DNA of 64,000 nucleotides, taken from a virus. The position numbers were made by a program, and so were the translations under genes. Numbering within the stretch: position 1 is the first letter of the stretch; each line of letters opens with the position of its first letter. Positions 9,398 to 18,325 of the stretch are shown one piece after another. The stretch lies in the IMG/VR virus record IMGVR_UViG_3300047496_000382; one strand, written 5' to 3'. The notes under the pieces are model-generated. The model was not told the DNA's origin and made no database searches. It worked only from the letters and a program-made list of their open reading frames with translations.

Positions 9398-10226
9398 AGA
9401 CGAAATCATCCGAAGAGTGAACCAGGCCAAGCGTCTCTCCGCGATGTACGACGAGTTCGTCGTCGAGGACACCGACGACAAGTACCGGCCCCCGGGCATC
9501 CACGCCTCTGAGCTCTACCCCTGCATGCGCAAGTCGGTGTACTCGCTGCTTGACTACCCGAAGAACGGGCGCGTTCCGAAGTTCTGGAAGCAGAAGTTCA
9601 AGGTCGGGCACGCCCTGCACAAGATGATGCAGGACGACTTCCACAAGATGGCCAAGCACATGGCCAAGCAGGATGCCCTCGGTCTCGCGCGAGAGTTCGC
9701 GGAGAAAGAGGGACTCGTCATGGAATTCCAAGACGAGGTCCCCTGCGGCCCGGAGCACCAGGCACTCGCAGCACACTACAACATCCAGTCCTCCGCAGAC
9801 GGTGTGTTCACCTTCCGCGAGCGCACAACCGGACTGGTGGTGCTGCGCATTGGTCTTGAAATCAAGAGCGAGGCGCCTGACGGCTTCAAGGACCTGAAGG
9901 CCCCGAAGTCCGAGCACGTACGGCAGGTCCACCTCTACATGGCCTGTCTCGACCTGCCGTTGATGTGGTTCTTCTACTTGAACAAGGGGAACAACAACAA
10001 CACGAACTCGGAGGCACCCTGGCTCATACACTTCCAACCTGCTGTCTGGCGCGAAGTGGAAGCGCGTATCCAAGAAGTGCACGGCTTCGCTGCCCGCAAC
10101 GAGCTGCCGGAGCGTGTAGAAACCATCATCTGCGAGTTCTGCCCGTGGGCGCACGTCTGCCAGCCGCGCGCGCTGCTCAACGCGCAGAAGGCACAAAAAC
10201 CACTGACCCTTCGCGTAAACAGGTGA
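9360..10226 (+). CDS. Cas4/RecB-like PD-(D/E)XK exonuclease with Fe-S staple
   Basis: IHASELYPC, SADG, LEIKS, QVHLYM, C-terminal CEFCPWAHVC; GGAG RBS before ATG 9360. Confidence 0.85.
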   Translation: MPLASIADLNGPEDEIIRRVNQAKRLSAMYDEFVVEDTDDKYRPPGIHASELYPCMRKSVYSLLDYPKNGRVPKFWKQKFKVGHALHKMMQDDFHKMAKHMAKQDALGLAREFAEKEGLVMEFQDEVPCGPEHQALAAHYNIQSSADGVFTFRERTTGLVVLRIGLEIKSEAPDGFKDLKAPKSEHVRQVHLYMACLDLPLMWFFYLNKGNNNNTNSEAPWLIHFQPAVWREVEARIQEVHGFAARNELPERVETIICEFCPWAHVCQPRALLNAQKAQKPLTLRVNR

Positions 10227-10229
10227 CCC

Positions 10230-10865
10230 ATGCGTGAACCCCAAGTTGGCGGTCTCGCTCTACCCAAAGACGTCGGCATCGGCGAAGCAGACACGACCGC
10301 CATCCAAAACCACTGGCACACCATCGACCGCGTCAACGCATGGCTGGCGTCCAAGGGAATGAAGCCCGCCGTCGAGCCGGATGTCGCGTGTCCAGAGGTC
10401 ACGACGGAGGCGTTGCTCGCGCCCGACATCAAGACGTACACGACCGTCTTCGCGGCGCAGCTGCGCTGGTACAACTACTCTGTTCGCCTTCTGGCCGACA
10501 TTCGCTCGATACTGCTCCAGGTTCGCAACGAGATGGAAGACATCGCCATCAAGAAGCGAACCGGCTTTCGCGAGTACAACAAGACCGCAGCGAAGAACGA
10601 GAAGATGACGGCCTCCGAGATGGAGGACGACATTGGCATGGACCCGCGCTACCGCGCGCTGCGCCTGGAAGAGCAAGAGTACGAACAGAACCGCATCAAG
10701 CTCGATGCGTGGGTCGAGAGCCTGGACCGCAACCTGAAGACCGTCTCGCGCCAAATCGAGAACCGCAAAGCCGAGAGTGAGGGCGGCAACCGAGAAGGCA
10801 ACATGGGACGCGGTGGTGGTCAGGGAGGCCAGAATGACGGGCGCTGGCGAGGGGGAGGTCGCTGA
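10230..10865 (+). CDS. UvsY-like recombination mediator with RGG tail
   Basis: Helical; ASEMEDDIGMDPRY...LDRNLKTVSRQIENRK resembles the T4 UvsY C-terminal half; in recA operon. Confidence 0.5.
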   Translation: MREPQVGGLALPKDVGIGEADTTAIQNHWHTIDRVNAWLASKGMKPAVEPDVACPEVTTEALLAPDIKTYTTVFAAQLRWYNYSVRLLADIRSILLQVRNEMEDIAIKKRTGFREYNKTAAKNEKMTASEMEDDIGMDPRYRALRLEEQEYEQNRIKLDAWVESLDRNLKTVSRQIENRKAESEGGNREGNMGRGGGQGGQNDGRWRGGGR

Positions 10866-11338
10866 TGATTCGGCTCGAGCTTCCGTACTTGCCACCCACC
10901 TCGAACAACGCCTACGAGAACGTCCCGAAGAAGCGACTGCGCAGCGGTCAAATGGTCGGTGGCGGTCGGCGCTTGACCACCGAGGGCACCAAGTTCTTGA
11001 CGGAAACGAAGACACTCATCGCGAGCAAGTTCACTCGGGAGATGCTGTTCTTCAAGCCCAACGTCCCGTACCTGGTTGTCATCCGCTTCTTCTGCCCCGA
11101 CATCGAGAACAAGGGGTGGGCGCAGGGAAAGGCGGAAAACAGGTACAAGAAGTTTGATGGAGGCAATCTGACAAAACTCCTAGAGGACGCGCTCAAGGAC
11201 GTGGGTGGCATCGACGACTCACAAACCTTGCGGTCCTTCTGGGAGAAAGTACAAGGGGCTCCACGAACAGTCCTCTGGGTTTTCAACCTCGAGGAGGAAG
11301 CGACGCCTTTCGATGAACCTCTCCGAGCTCTTAGCTGA
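10865..11338 (+). CDS. rusA: RusA-like Holliday junction resolvase
   Basis: LELPYLPPTSNNAY; DGGNLTKLLEDAL; IDDSQ. Confidence 0.8.
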   Translation: MIRLELPYLPPTSNNAYENVPKKRLRSGQMVGGGRRLTTEGTKFLTETKTLIASKFTREMLFFKPNVPYLVVIRFFCPDIENKGWAQGKAENRYKKFDGGNLTKLLEDALKDVGGIDDSQTLRSFWEKVQGAPRTVLWVFNLEEEATPFDEPLRALS

Positions 11339-11657
11339 ATACAACCACACGGAGCTCTACCAGCTAGCGCGCCGCAGTGACTTGCCCGTCAAGCCGAACA
11401 TGAGCCGCGAGGCGCTCATCCAGGCAGTCCTGGGAGAGATTGAGCTCTCAAACACCCCGCATCCGCTCGATGACTGGCGCCTCGCCATCATGCGGTTTCT
11501 CATCGACCACCGCCGCGTCGTCGAGAGCCAGCTGACCTGCCCCGCCAAGTCGATGGACCCGCGAGCTTGCTTCAACTGCGTCGACCCGCAGGTCATCAGT
11601 TGTCTCGTTGGACAGGAGAAACACGTACATCTCATCGAACTCCGCAAGAAGAAGTGA
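11313..11657 (+). CDS. hypothetical protein; Rho-N/HeH-like N-terminus and Cys cluster
   Basis: ELYQLARRSDLPVKPNMSREALIQAV; CPAK...CFNC...C; GAGGAG upstream. Confidence 0.6.
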   Translation: MNLSELLAEYNHTELYQLARRSDLPVKPNMSREALIQAVLGEIELSNTPHPLDDWRLAIMRFLIDHRRVVESQLTCPAKSMDPRACFNCVDPQVISCLVGQEKHVHLIELRKKK

Positions 11658-11683
11658 ACGAAGGACCACAGGAGAAATTGGAC

Positions 11684-12457
11684 ATGGCTGACTCGGTAGT
11701 GACCCCGCAATCTGCACCGCGTGACCTCGACGCCCTCGCCGCACTGACGCCGTTCGTGCAGCGCATGCTGATGCAGAAGCTCGGCGCGATGGCGACGCCG
11801 GAAGAGAACAAGGCCTGGCTCGAGATGACGGGCAACGACGAGCCCAAGCGACGGGTGCGCGCCCAACGCGTGCTTCAGGCGCTCCAGAAGTTCGACGCGG
11901 AGAACGGCGTCGTTCCCAATGCAACGGCGCCCGCGATGGTGCAGACACAACAACCCGTCGGAGCTGCCCCCGGTTCGCCGCCAGCGGTCTCCTCGGAAGG
12001 TCTTGCTGCAGCAGCCGCCGGCGCTACCGGCACCAAGATGCAGACCGCGCGCACGCCACGTACACCTGCGGCGCCGGCCAGCGCAGAAACCAAAGCGCCA
12101 GGCGACCTGGGTGTCGAGGTCATCAACCTCCTCACGCGTCTCCTTGGAGACGTCGGCACCATCACTCCGCAAGTGAATGCGCAGGCCGACAAGCTCTTCG
12201 CACTGGTCGGCAACCACGAGAAGCAGCAAGGCGCCGTTCTCGACAAGCAGCACGCCGAGCTCATCGTCGCGCTCAAGGACGTCTCGGCTGCGCTCCAGTC
12301 GAACACCCAAATCAGCATGTGGCTTCTCTGCATGCTGCAGCAGTCCATCGCCACGACAAACGGCGTCACCCCGCGCGACGTGCTCGAGATGGCCATCGCC
12401 GATGCGGCGGCCTTCCAAGGCCAGGTGCGCGAGCTCACCGGCGCGGGAAAAGGCTAG
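11684..12457 (+). CDS. hypothetical protein with Ala/Pro-rich linker (257 aa)
   Basis: AGGAG RBS before ATG 11684; GC3-rich. Confidence 0.75.
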   Translation: MADSVVTPQSAPRDLDALAALTPFVQRMLMQKLGAMATPEENKAWLEMTGNDEPKRRVRAQRVLQALQKFDAENGVVPNATAPAMVQTQQPVGAAPGSPPAVSSEGLAAAAAGATGTKMQTARTPRTPAAPASAETKAPGDLGVEVINLLTRLLGDVGTITPQVNAQADKLFALVGNHEKQQGAVLDKQHAELIVALKDVSAALQSNTQISMWLLCMLQQSIATTNGVTPRDVLEMAIADAAAFQGQVRELTGAGKG

Positions 12458-12513
12458 GCGGCGTCTCCGCGGGTCAGTGGCCGTGCACCACGCTGCCAAC
12501 CCCGGCTGACCTG

Positions 12514-12660
12514 ATGGACATCAAGGAAGAGTGGCTGATATCTGCGAGCAACGGGTCCATCCTGTCGCTCGCAGAACAGGCTGGTCTCCTGGTGCTCGAG
12601 GAGGCACACGACCCGCAGCTCGTTCGCGAGCGACTTCGACGCAGCGTCTACACGGGATGA
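12514..12660 (+). CDS. small hypothetical protein (48 aa)
   Basis: MDIKEEW...; ends at the terminator; start uncertain. Confidence 0.4.
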   Translation: MDIKEEWLISASNGSILSLAEQAGLLVLEEAHDPQLVRERLRRSVYTG

Positions 12661-12665
12661 AGAAG

Positions 12666-12697
12666 GCCCTCGCCGCAAGGCGGGGGCTCTTCTTTTC
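12666..12697 (+). terminator. intrinsic terminator, probably bidirectional
   Basis: GCCCTCGCC-GCAA-GGCGGGGGC followed by TCTTCTTTT; between convergent genes. Confidence 0.85.
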
Positions 12698-12700
12698 TAG

Positions 12701-13024
12701 CTACTTGCTCATTGTGCAGAGCTGCGTGAACGCGCTGGCATCCTCCGCCGCGAGGAAAGTTGTCACCGCTGCTGTCGCGCCAAAGACGAGGGCAGTGAGA
12801 CCGAGACCGAGCTGGACGCTGCGGTTGTCTCCGAAGGCTGCCGACAGCCCACCGACACCACTGAGGGCACCGCTGCCGGCTCCAAGCGCTCCGTAGGTCA
12901 TGTGCGCATCGGAGAGGTGCTGGCACTCCGGGTCTACCGGCGTGCTGCGTGAAGCCATCGACGATGCCGGCATGAGAGGGGTGCACGCAGACAGGAGCAG
13001 CACGAGCGGCAGCAGCTTCTTCAT
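12701..13024 (-). CDS. lipoprotein with C-terminal hydrophobic helix (u-spanin-like architecture)
   Basis: MKKLLPLVLLLSA-C lipobox; Gly/Ala-rich segment; TM LGLGLTALVFGATAAVTTFL. Confidence 0.7.
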   Translation of the reverse strand: MKKLLPLVLLLSACTPLMPASSMASRSTPVDPECQHLSDAHMTYGALGAGSGALSGVGGLSAAFGDNRSVQLGLGLTALVFGATAAVTTFLAAEDASAFTQLCTMSK

Positions 13025-13040
13025 CGGAGCAGAGTAGCTA

Positions 13041-13074
13041 GAAAAACAAGAGAGGGGACCTCTCGGCCCCCTCC
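13041..13074 (-). terminator. intrinsic terminator
   Basis: Minus strand GGGAGGGGCC-GAGA-GGTCCCCTCT followed by CTTGTTTTT. Confidence 0.8.
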
Positions 13075-13080
13075 CTGGTG

Positions 13081-13281
13081 TCAGTGCGTGTCGATGGCGT
13101 GCTGGAGAGCGTCAAGTCCGTCTCCGAGCACCACCTTCCCTGCATGGTCGAGCTTCTGGAGATGCGGAGAGAGCACGATGACCGCGAGCTTCAGTCCCGC
13201 GCGCACTCCCTCCGCGTACTTCTCCTTGAGCACGTCCGCGGCCGTCGATGCCAGGTCCTTCTTCATCTCTTCTTCGGGCAT
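13081..13281 (-). CDS. hypothetical protein (66 aa)
   Basis: GGAG RBS; ends just before the terminator. Confidence 0.65.
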   Translation of the reverse strand: MPEEEMKKDLASTAADVLKEKYAEGVRAGLKLAVIVLSPHLQKLDHAGKVVLGDGLDALQHAIDTH

Positions 13282-13832
13282 GGACTCTCCTTGGTCATAC
13301 GGTCCATCCAGTCCGCGATGTGTCGATGCTCTTCTGCCGTACCGGAGTTCTTGAGCGTGTTCGCGCGCAGCGAGATGACGGCCACATTGCCGGGCACGTA
13401 CCCGCGCTCTGGAACGAGGCGGTCAAGAGAGGGACTGTTATCGTGCCGCTTCCGGGTCCCCTTCGCAAGACGGATTCCCAGTACAGGGCAGTGCGTTGGA
13501 ACCACGAGGTCTTCGAACACTAGAGTAAACGCAAGTCCTTTTCGTACGGCCCTGCGGCGTGCGGCCGTAAACGAGTACTTCAGTGCATTTTTCGCGTAGT
13601 AGGCTGCAGACCGTGCCTTCTCCGTCGAAGCGTTTTGTCGGTAGTATCGACGTTTACGGGCCTTTGCCTGCGCAGGCTTGTCCGCCTCATAGCGCTTCTG
13701 TTTCGCGCGTACCGCCTCTGGATGGGTAGCTGCGTAGTGCTTGTCATACGCACGCCGACAGGCACGGCACCAGTTCTTTCCCGGTGCCGTGCCTGTCGGC
13801 GTTCCTGCCGGCGCTTCTGACAGGTACGACAC
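13263..13832 (-). CDS. free-standing HNH homing endonuclease
   Basis: HCPVLGIRL...SPSLDRLVPERGYVPGNVAVISLRANTLKN; basic N-terminus with CRAC. Confidence 0.85.
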   Translation of the reverse strand: MSYLSEAPAGTPTGTAPGKNWCRACRRAYDKHYAATHPEAVRAKQKRYEADKPAQAKARKRRYYRQNASTEKARSAAYYAKNALKYSFTAARRRAVRKGLAFTLVFEDLVVPTHCPVLGIRLAKGTRKRHDNSPSLDRLVPERGYVPGNVAVISLRANTLKNSGTAEEHRHIADWMDRMTKESPCPKKR

Positions 13833-13839
13833 ACGAACA

Positions 13840-14745
13840 TTAGTCGGTCACACCCATCCAGGGCTGCGGGAACAAATTAGGCCAGTTCTCCACAGCCACG
13901 CGCCGCAACGTACGCGCGAAGCGTTGAATCTCCAAATCGGCCGCGTTGTCCGCGCGTTCCTGAACCATTTTTGCGATGGCCATGGGATTTGTGGTCCACA
14001 CAAAACTAGTCTCGGCCTGGTGCGGGAGGAAGCTCGAGGCCGCTTCGTAGATGCGCTTCTTGTCGAGGCTCGTCGGCTTCTTACCGTGCTTCTCTTCGAA
14101 CGCCAGGACCTCCTGGTTCACCGCCATGCAGTAGGCGTCGTAGGAGGTCTGCATGGCGCGCTCGAAGTGGTCTTGCATCCACTGCGCGTCCGGTGTCGCC
14201 TCGTCCAAGTACCGCGGCGGCATGATGAAGAAGCCGTAGTGGTGTGTGAAGCGCGTCGACTCCTGCGACGGACTGCCCTCCTCGTCGCGGTCGGCACCGA
14301 CGTAGTTGCGGATGATTTCGTGGCTCACTCGGCGCGAGATGCCCCCGAAGAAGAACGACATCTTCGCGTGGTAGAGGATGCTCGAGTGCTTCACCGGGCC
14401 GGACTGTGTGTGCTGGATGTACTCCTTGTTGCCCTTCTTGCCGGCCTTGAGCCCGAAGCTGTCGTAGCACTTGCGGCCCGCGAGCTCGACGAGGAGCTCA
14501 TTCGCCGTGAGCCCGCGCGAGAGCGTCGCACCGCCCTCCTGCTGCGGAGGCACCTCCTCTTCCAGGTCGTGCGGGAAGAGTGCCTTCCAGTTCGAGGCGT
14601 CGTCGGGAAGGCACTCCGGACGGTGGTCTCCCACCCAGCCCATCATCTGCTCGATGCCAAGCGGCATCAGCGACATCTGCGCGATGGGGACAACGGTGGG
14701 GGCGGCGGTGAGGATGGTGACTTTCTTTACGAGCTCTTCGGACAT
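13840..14745 (-). CDS. thyX: FAD-dependent thymidylate synthase ThyX (variant motif)
   Basis: ELAGRKCYDSF; HSSILYH...GISRRVSHEIIR; SQESTRF; AASSFLP...TSFVWTTN...ADLEIQRFA. Confidence 0.8.
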   Translation of the reverse strand: MSEELVKKVTILTAAPTVVPIAQMSLMPLGIEQMMGWVGDHRPECLPDDASNWKALFPHDLEEEVPPQQEGGATLSRGLTANELLVELAGRKCYDSFGLKAGKKGNKEYIQHTQSGPVKHSSILYHAKMSFFFGGISRRVSHEIIRNYVGADRDEEGSPSQESTRFTHHYGFFIMPPRYLDEATPDAQWMQDHFERAMQTSYDAYCMAVNQEVLAFEEKHGKKPTSLDKKRIYEAASSFLPHQAETSFVWTTNPMAIAKMVQERADNAADLEIQRFARTLRRVAVENWPNLFPQPWMGVTD

Positions 14746-14793
14746 GGAACCTCCTGGCGTGTTGTTCGCGCCGAAGCCCTTATCCCACGAAGC

Positions 14794-15201
14794 TCAGTAC
14801 CCTTGCGGGTAGTAGCCGTATTGCTGCATCGGCGGCTGGGTGAGTGCGCGTTTACCAGCGGAGTAGGCGCGCCCGGCGACTGTGCCGACGAGCGGAGCAG
14901 CCCAACGACTGCCCAGCGCTTTACCGACCGCCGGCGAGATGTGCCCCGCCTGCGCGAGGTAGCGACCGAGATGCTCGAGGCCCTTCGTGGCGGCAACCCC
15001 GGAGACCATCCCACCAAGCGTGTCGCCACGGTCCGAGGACAAGCCACCGGTGGCCGCACCAACGGTCGCTCCTGGGTGTGCCGCCGCGAGCTCGACGCCC
15101 TTGCCGAGCAGGGCGCCGATGTCCACTCCTTCGCGCTCCGCGGCCTCCTTGGCAATGTGGCCGAGCTCGTCCAAGAACGCTGCGTAGTTGATGCGGGTCA
15201 T
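14794..15201 (-). CDS. Gly-zipper protein with N-terminal AFLDELGHIA motif
   Basis: GxxxG-rich helices (GATVGAATGG, TLGGMVSG); GAGGA RBS. Confidence 0.75.
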   Translation of the reverse strand: MTRINYAAFLDELGHIAKEAAEREGVDIGALLGKGVELAAAHPGATVGAATGGLSSDRGDTLGGMVSGVAATKGLEHLGRYLAQAGHISPAVGKALGSRWAAPLVGTVAGRAYSAGKRALTQPPMQQYGYYPQGY

Positions 15202-16664
15202 GCAGTCCTCTGTTGTGGGAGTAGCTCGCGGAACTGACCAATGAGGTCTTCTTTTTCTTTCGACCGCAGCGCGAGGTACTCGTCTGCGGACAATCCTGGG
15301 CTGCCGATGCCATGGCGCTGGAAGAAGTTCTTGGGGCGCTGCGCGAGGTAGCGCTCGATGAGCACCTTCTGCTCCTCCGGCGGCAGGCCCGAGTGGCTCA
15401 TGTAGCGCGCGCCGCGGCCCTCGACCTGCTTCAACTTCTCAGCATTCCAGTGCGGCTCGAGGAGCTGCATCAAGCGCGTACCCTTCAGGTCGAGACCCTC
15501 ACCCCCGGCCGATGAGAGAAGAAGCGCCCTCAGCTTCCCTTCGTTGTAGTCGCGAACGAGTTGCTGGCGCGCGGCGTCTGGCATCTCGCCCGTGAACTCG
15601 CCGTAAGGAATCTTCGCCGCTTCGAGGCGGCGCTTGTACGGCGCGATGCCTGACTGCAGGTAGTTCGAGTAGACGACAGCCTTGGCGCGCGGGTTGTCGC
15701 CGAGCGTCTTCTGGAGACGCTGGAAGGCCATGTCGATTTTCGGCTCCTCTGCGCTTCCGCCTTCAGGCTGGAAGGGTGCTGTGCTGTTGGTGGTCTGACG
15801 CACGGCATTCAGGAATGCGTTCAGCTCCGACACCTCGCGCTTGTTGGGCGGGAGCCCCTGCTTCACTTTCTCGATGATGTGTCGAGGTGCCGTCTCCGCC
15901 AGCGCGTCGTAGATGCCGACCTGCTTGCGCGTCATCGGAACGTGGACATCTTGCCGCGTGACCTCGGGGAAGTTCTCCGTCGACCCTGGATGGAAGTCTG
16001 TCCACTTGCCGTAGATTTCGCGCAGCTCACGCGCTTTCCGAGGGTTGAGCACGTCGCGCTCTCCGGGCTGGACCCCGCGAAACACACGGTCCACGAAGCC
16101 CGGCTTCTGGACCTGCGTGGTCACGTACTTAGAATTGAACGCGCGTTCGTCGGCAGGGAGCACATTCTCGCCGGCGGCGATGTTCACCAGCTGTGACAAG
16201 TCACTGGGTCGGTTGTAGAAGGGACTGCCGGTGAGCAGCAGACGCTTCTGCGCATCGCTGTCCGCGACCGCCTTCGCGCCCTTCCCACCGCTCTCTCGAA
16301 GGCGATGCGCCTCATCGACGATGAGCATCGGGTTTGCCGGCAAGGACCCGCGGCGCGCGGCCATCTGTAGCGTCGCAAGCTCTGCTGGCTGCGACTCTCC
16401 TGTCAGGTGCTTGGCGCGCTCCTTCTCATAGTTCTCCCGCAGTGCCGCGGGTACAACGACGGTTGCCGGCATCCGGAGAGCGTCCTGCGCCGCGATGGAC
16501 GTGAGCGTCTTGCCTGACCCGAGACCGTGAATGGCGACAAGGCCCGGTTGGTCTTCCCGCTGAAGGCGCGACACGACGCGCTGCTGATGCGGCAGCAACG
16601 TCGTGGTGACCTCTGCAATCTTCGCGAGCTCGTCAGCGAAGGCGGCCAGCAGCACAGCGTTCAT
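15198..16664 (-). CDS. SNF2/SF2 helicase with N-terminal AFADELAKIA motif
   Basis: LLPHQ, HGLGSGKT, IVDEAH, LTGSPFYN, SSAGGEGLDL, QVEGRGAR. Confidence 0.9.
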   Translation of the reverse strand: MNAVLLAAFADELAKIAEVTTTLLPHQQRVVSRLQREDQPGLVAIHGLGSGKTLTSIAAQDALRMPATVVVPAALRENYEKERAKHLTGESQPAELATLQMAARRGSLPANPMLIVDEAHRLRESGGKGAKAVADSDAQKRLLLTGSPFYNRPSDLSQLVNIAAGENVLPADERAFNSKYVTTQVQKPGFVDRVFRGVQPGERDVLNPRKARELREIYGKWTDFHPGSTENFPEVTRQDVHVPMTRKQVGIYDALAETAPRHIIEKVKQGLPPNKREVSELNAFLNAVRQTTNSTAPFQPEGGSAEEPKIDMAFQRLQKTLGDNPRAKAVVYSNYLQSGIAPYKRRLEAAKIPYGEFTGEMPDAARQQLVRDYNEGKLRALLLSSAGGEGLDLKGTRLMQLLEPHWNAEKLKQVEGRGARYMSHSGLPPEEQKVLIERYLAQRPKNFFQRHGIGSPGLSADEYLALRSKEKEDLIGQFRELLPQQRTA

Positions 16665-17059
16665 CAGGGCTCCTCGGGCGGGGGCGGAGTTGAGTCACCC
16701 GGGAGGGCGATGTTCCACTTTTGCAGTACCGCGAACGAGAGCACGCGGTAGCCCCAACCAGAGAACCACCCAGTCCCGAGCCCGTACAGCAAGCGCGAGA
16801 CCGTTTGAGCAACGACAGCCGGGTACGGAAAGAAGGCGGGAGACACGCACCCGCAGAAGAGAAGTCCCAGGAACGCGGGGAGCGTGGGAAGCACGACACC
16901 TTCCCAGATGCGCTGTACGCGCGTGGTCGGCGTCTTCGACGACAACCCAGGCCACAAGGCCTCGCAGTACTTGCGGATGGTGAAGGATACGATGAAGAGT
17001 CCGAGCGCCAGAAGTGCGGTCGGAAGAACCAGGATGTCCTCGAGCTGATTCATCTTCAT
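16664..17059 (-). CDS. membrane protein, holin-like (about 3 TM)
   Basis: Three hydrophobic segments; MKM dual-start-like N-terminus; AGGAG RBS. Confidence 0.55.
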   Translation of the reverse strand: MKMNQLEDILVLPTALLALGLFIVSFTIRKYCEALWPGLSSKTPTTRVQRIWEGVVLPTLPAFLGLLFCGCVSPAFFPYPAVVAQTVSRLLYGLGTGWFSGWGYRVLSFAVLQKWNIALPGDSTPPPPEEP

Positions 17060-17156
17060 CTCCTGGCTCGGCTGGGAAGCGTAGAATCACTTCCGCAGCT
17101 CTGTGCCCTACGCTAGGGTCGACTGTACCTGAACGGAAAAACGGAGACCACCTCGC

Positions 17157-17714
17157 ATGACCCACGACCCGAGTGCTGTTTTGGGACCGCTGGCTCCTTG
17201 CTCTGAAGCCCTCGTGTGGACGCTGCAATTCCCGACGCTGGAGGCTGCCAACGCAGCCATCACGGACCCGCGCTGGATGCTGTGGTTCTACACTACGGTA
17301 TCGTTCGGAAAGACCACGAGTCCACGCCTCCTGGTAGGCACGCTGCAGAAGCTGCTCAGCCTGCAAGTGAAAGAGCTGCCGCCCGCGGTCGGCGCGCTCT
17401 TCACCAGCGCCCTTACAGGCCTCGACGTCTACGCGCGCGGCGGAAATGTCCCCACACCCGACGCGCAGCTCCCCGCGAATGCCTGCACGGGCGCTCGAGG
17501 AAAAGGAGACGTGCAGACGGCTGCGAACATCGGCCGCGCCATCCTACAGGCACAACGCATCGCCAGTGCCTCGACACTCATCGTCGCCAACGCTGCGGCG
17601 CTCACCTTCGCCAAGATGCTCGTCCTCATCTGCGGTACCGACGCCGCAGCGAGTGCAGTGCTGAAGAGCTTCTTCCCCGATGACGTCTGGACCGCCCTCG
17701 TAGACGCGAGCTGA
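17157..17714 (+). CDS. hypothetical helical protein (185 aa)
   Basis: GGAGA RBS; divergent from 17059; CSEALVW...DPRWMLW motif. Confidence 0.7.
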   Translation: MTHDPSAVLGPLAPCSEALVWTLQFPTLEAANAAITDPRWMLWFYTTVSFGKTTSPRLLVGTLQKLLSLQVKELPPAVGALFTSALTGLDVYARGGNVPTPDAQLPANACTGARGKGDVQTAANIGRAILQAQRIASASTLIVANAAALTFAKMLVLICGTDAAASAVLKSFFPDDVWTALVDAS

Positions 17715-17716
17715 AC

Positions 17717-18325
17717 ATGGCCCTTCAAAAAGACAACTGGCTGACATTTCTCGCGCAGAACCCTGACCTCGCGACCGACTGGGCGAAGCAACAGGACGGC
17801 GTGCTCTCCGCTTGGCAAAACGCCAACAGCGGTCCTTGGCTCTTGGACCTGACCTTCACCCTCGTCACCGACATGGCAACGCGCAACAGCATTCTGCTTG
17901 CGCTCGCTGACGTCATCGCAGCCGAGGACTGGACCGTGAAGGATGAGGGACTGAAGACCTACTTCTTGAAGCTGCTCACGGCGCTGCGCCTGCATCTCGC
18001 GAGCAACGTCGATGGTGGTCTTTCCCTCGCACGCGCACGTAAAGCGCATGCGCAGCTCGACTTCAAGAAGACGGATGCGAGCGAGATGTTCGCGCTCAAC
18101 GCGCTATTTCATCTCGCAGCTGCCGCGCTTGAGACAACCACGCGCGTCTCCCCGCAAGTGCAAAGCGTGCTCGGCGCACTTGTCATGCTCCTCATCCGCA
18201 CTGGCCGCTGGACGGGCGTCTGTGACGGCCCGGCCCAGCTGCAGAAGAGCGCGGACGTACTGCGTGGTGCCCTGGCAGCGTACGCAGCAACGCTGCCCGC
18301 GCTCGCAGACAAGAGGACGTTCTAG
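17717..18325 (+). CDS. hypothetical helical protein (202 aa), possible paralog of 17157
   Basis: DWAKQQ...AW...PWLL motif; 2-nt gap from the upstream gene. Confidence 0.7.
   Translation: MALQKDNWLTFLAQNPDLATDWAKQQDGVLSAWQNANSGPWLLDLTFTLVTDMATRNSILLALADVIAAEDWTVKDEGLKTYFLKLLTALRLHLASNVDGGLSLARARKAHAQLDFKKTDASEMFALNALFHLAAAALETTTRVSPQVQSVLGALVMLLIRTGRWTGVCDGPAQLQKSADVLRGALAAYAATLPALADKRTF

Noticed and set aside
9360-10226. CRISPR-Cas locus suggested by the Cas4-like nuclease
   Set aside because: No cas1/cas2 and no repeat-spacer array seen in the window; solo Cas4-like exonucleases are common in phage recombination operons
12695-12704. TTCTAGCTAC resembling the B. subtilis preQ1 riboswitch loop
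   Set aside because: No enclosing P1 stem or A-rich tail; it lies in a terminator tail
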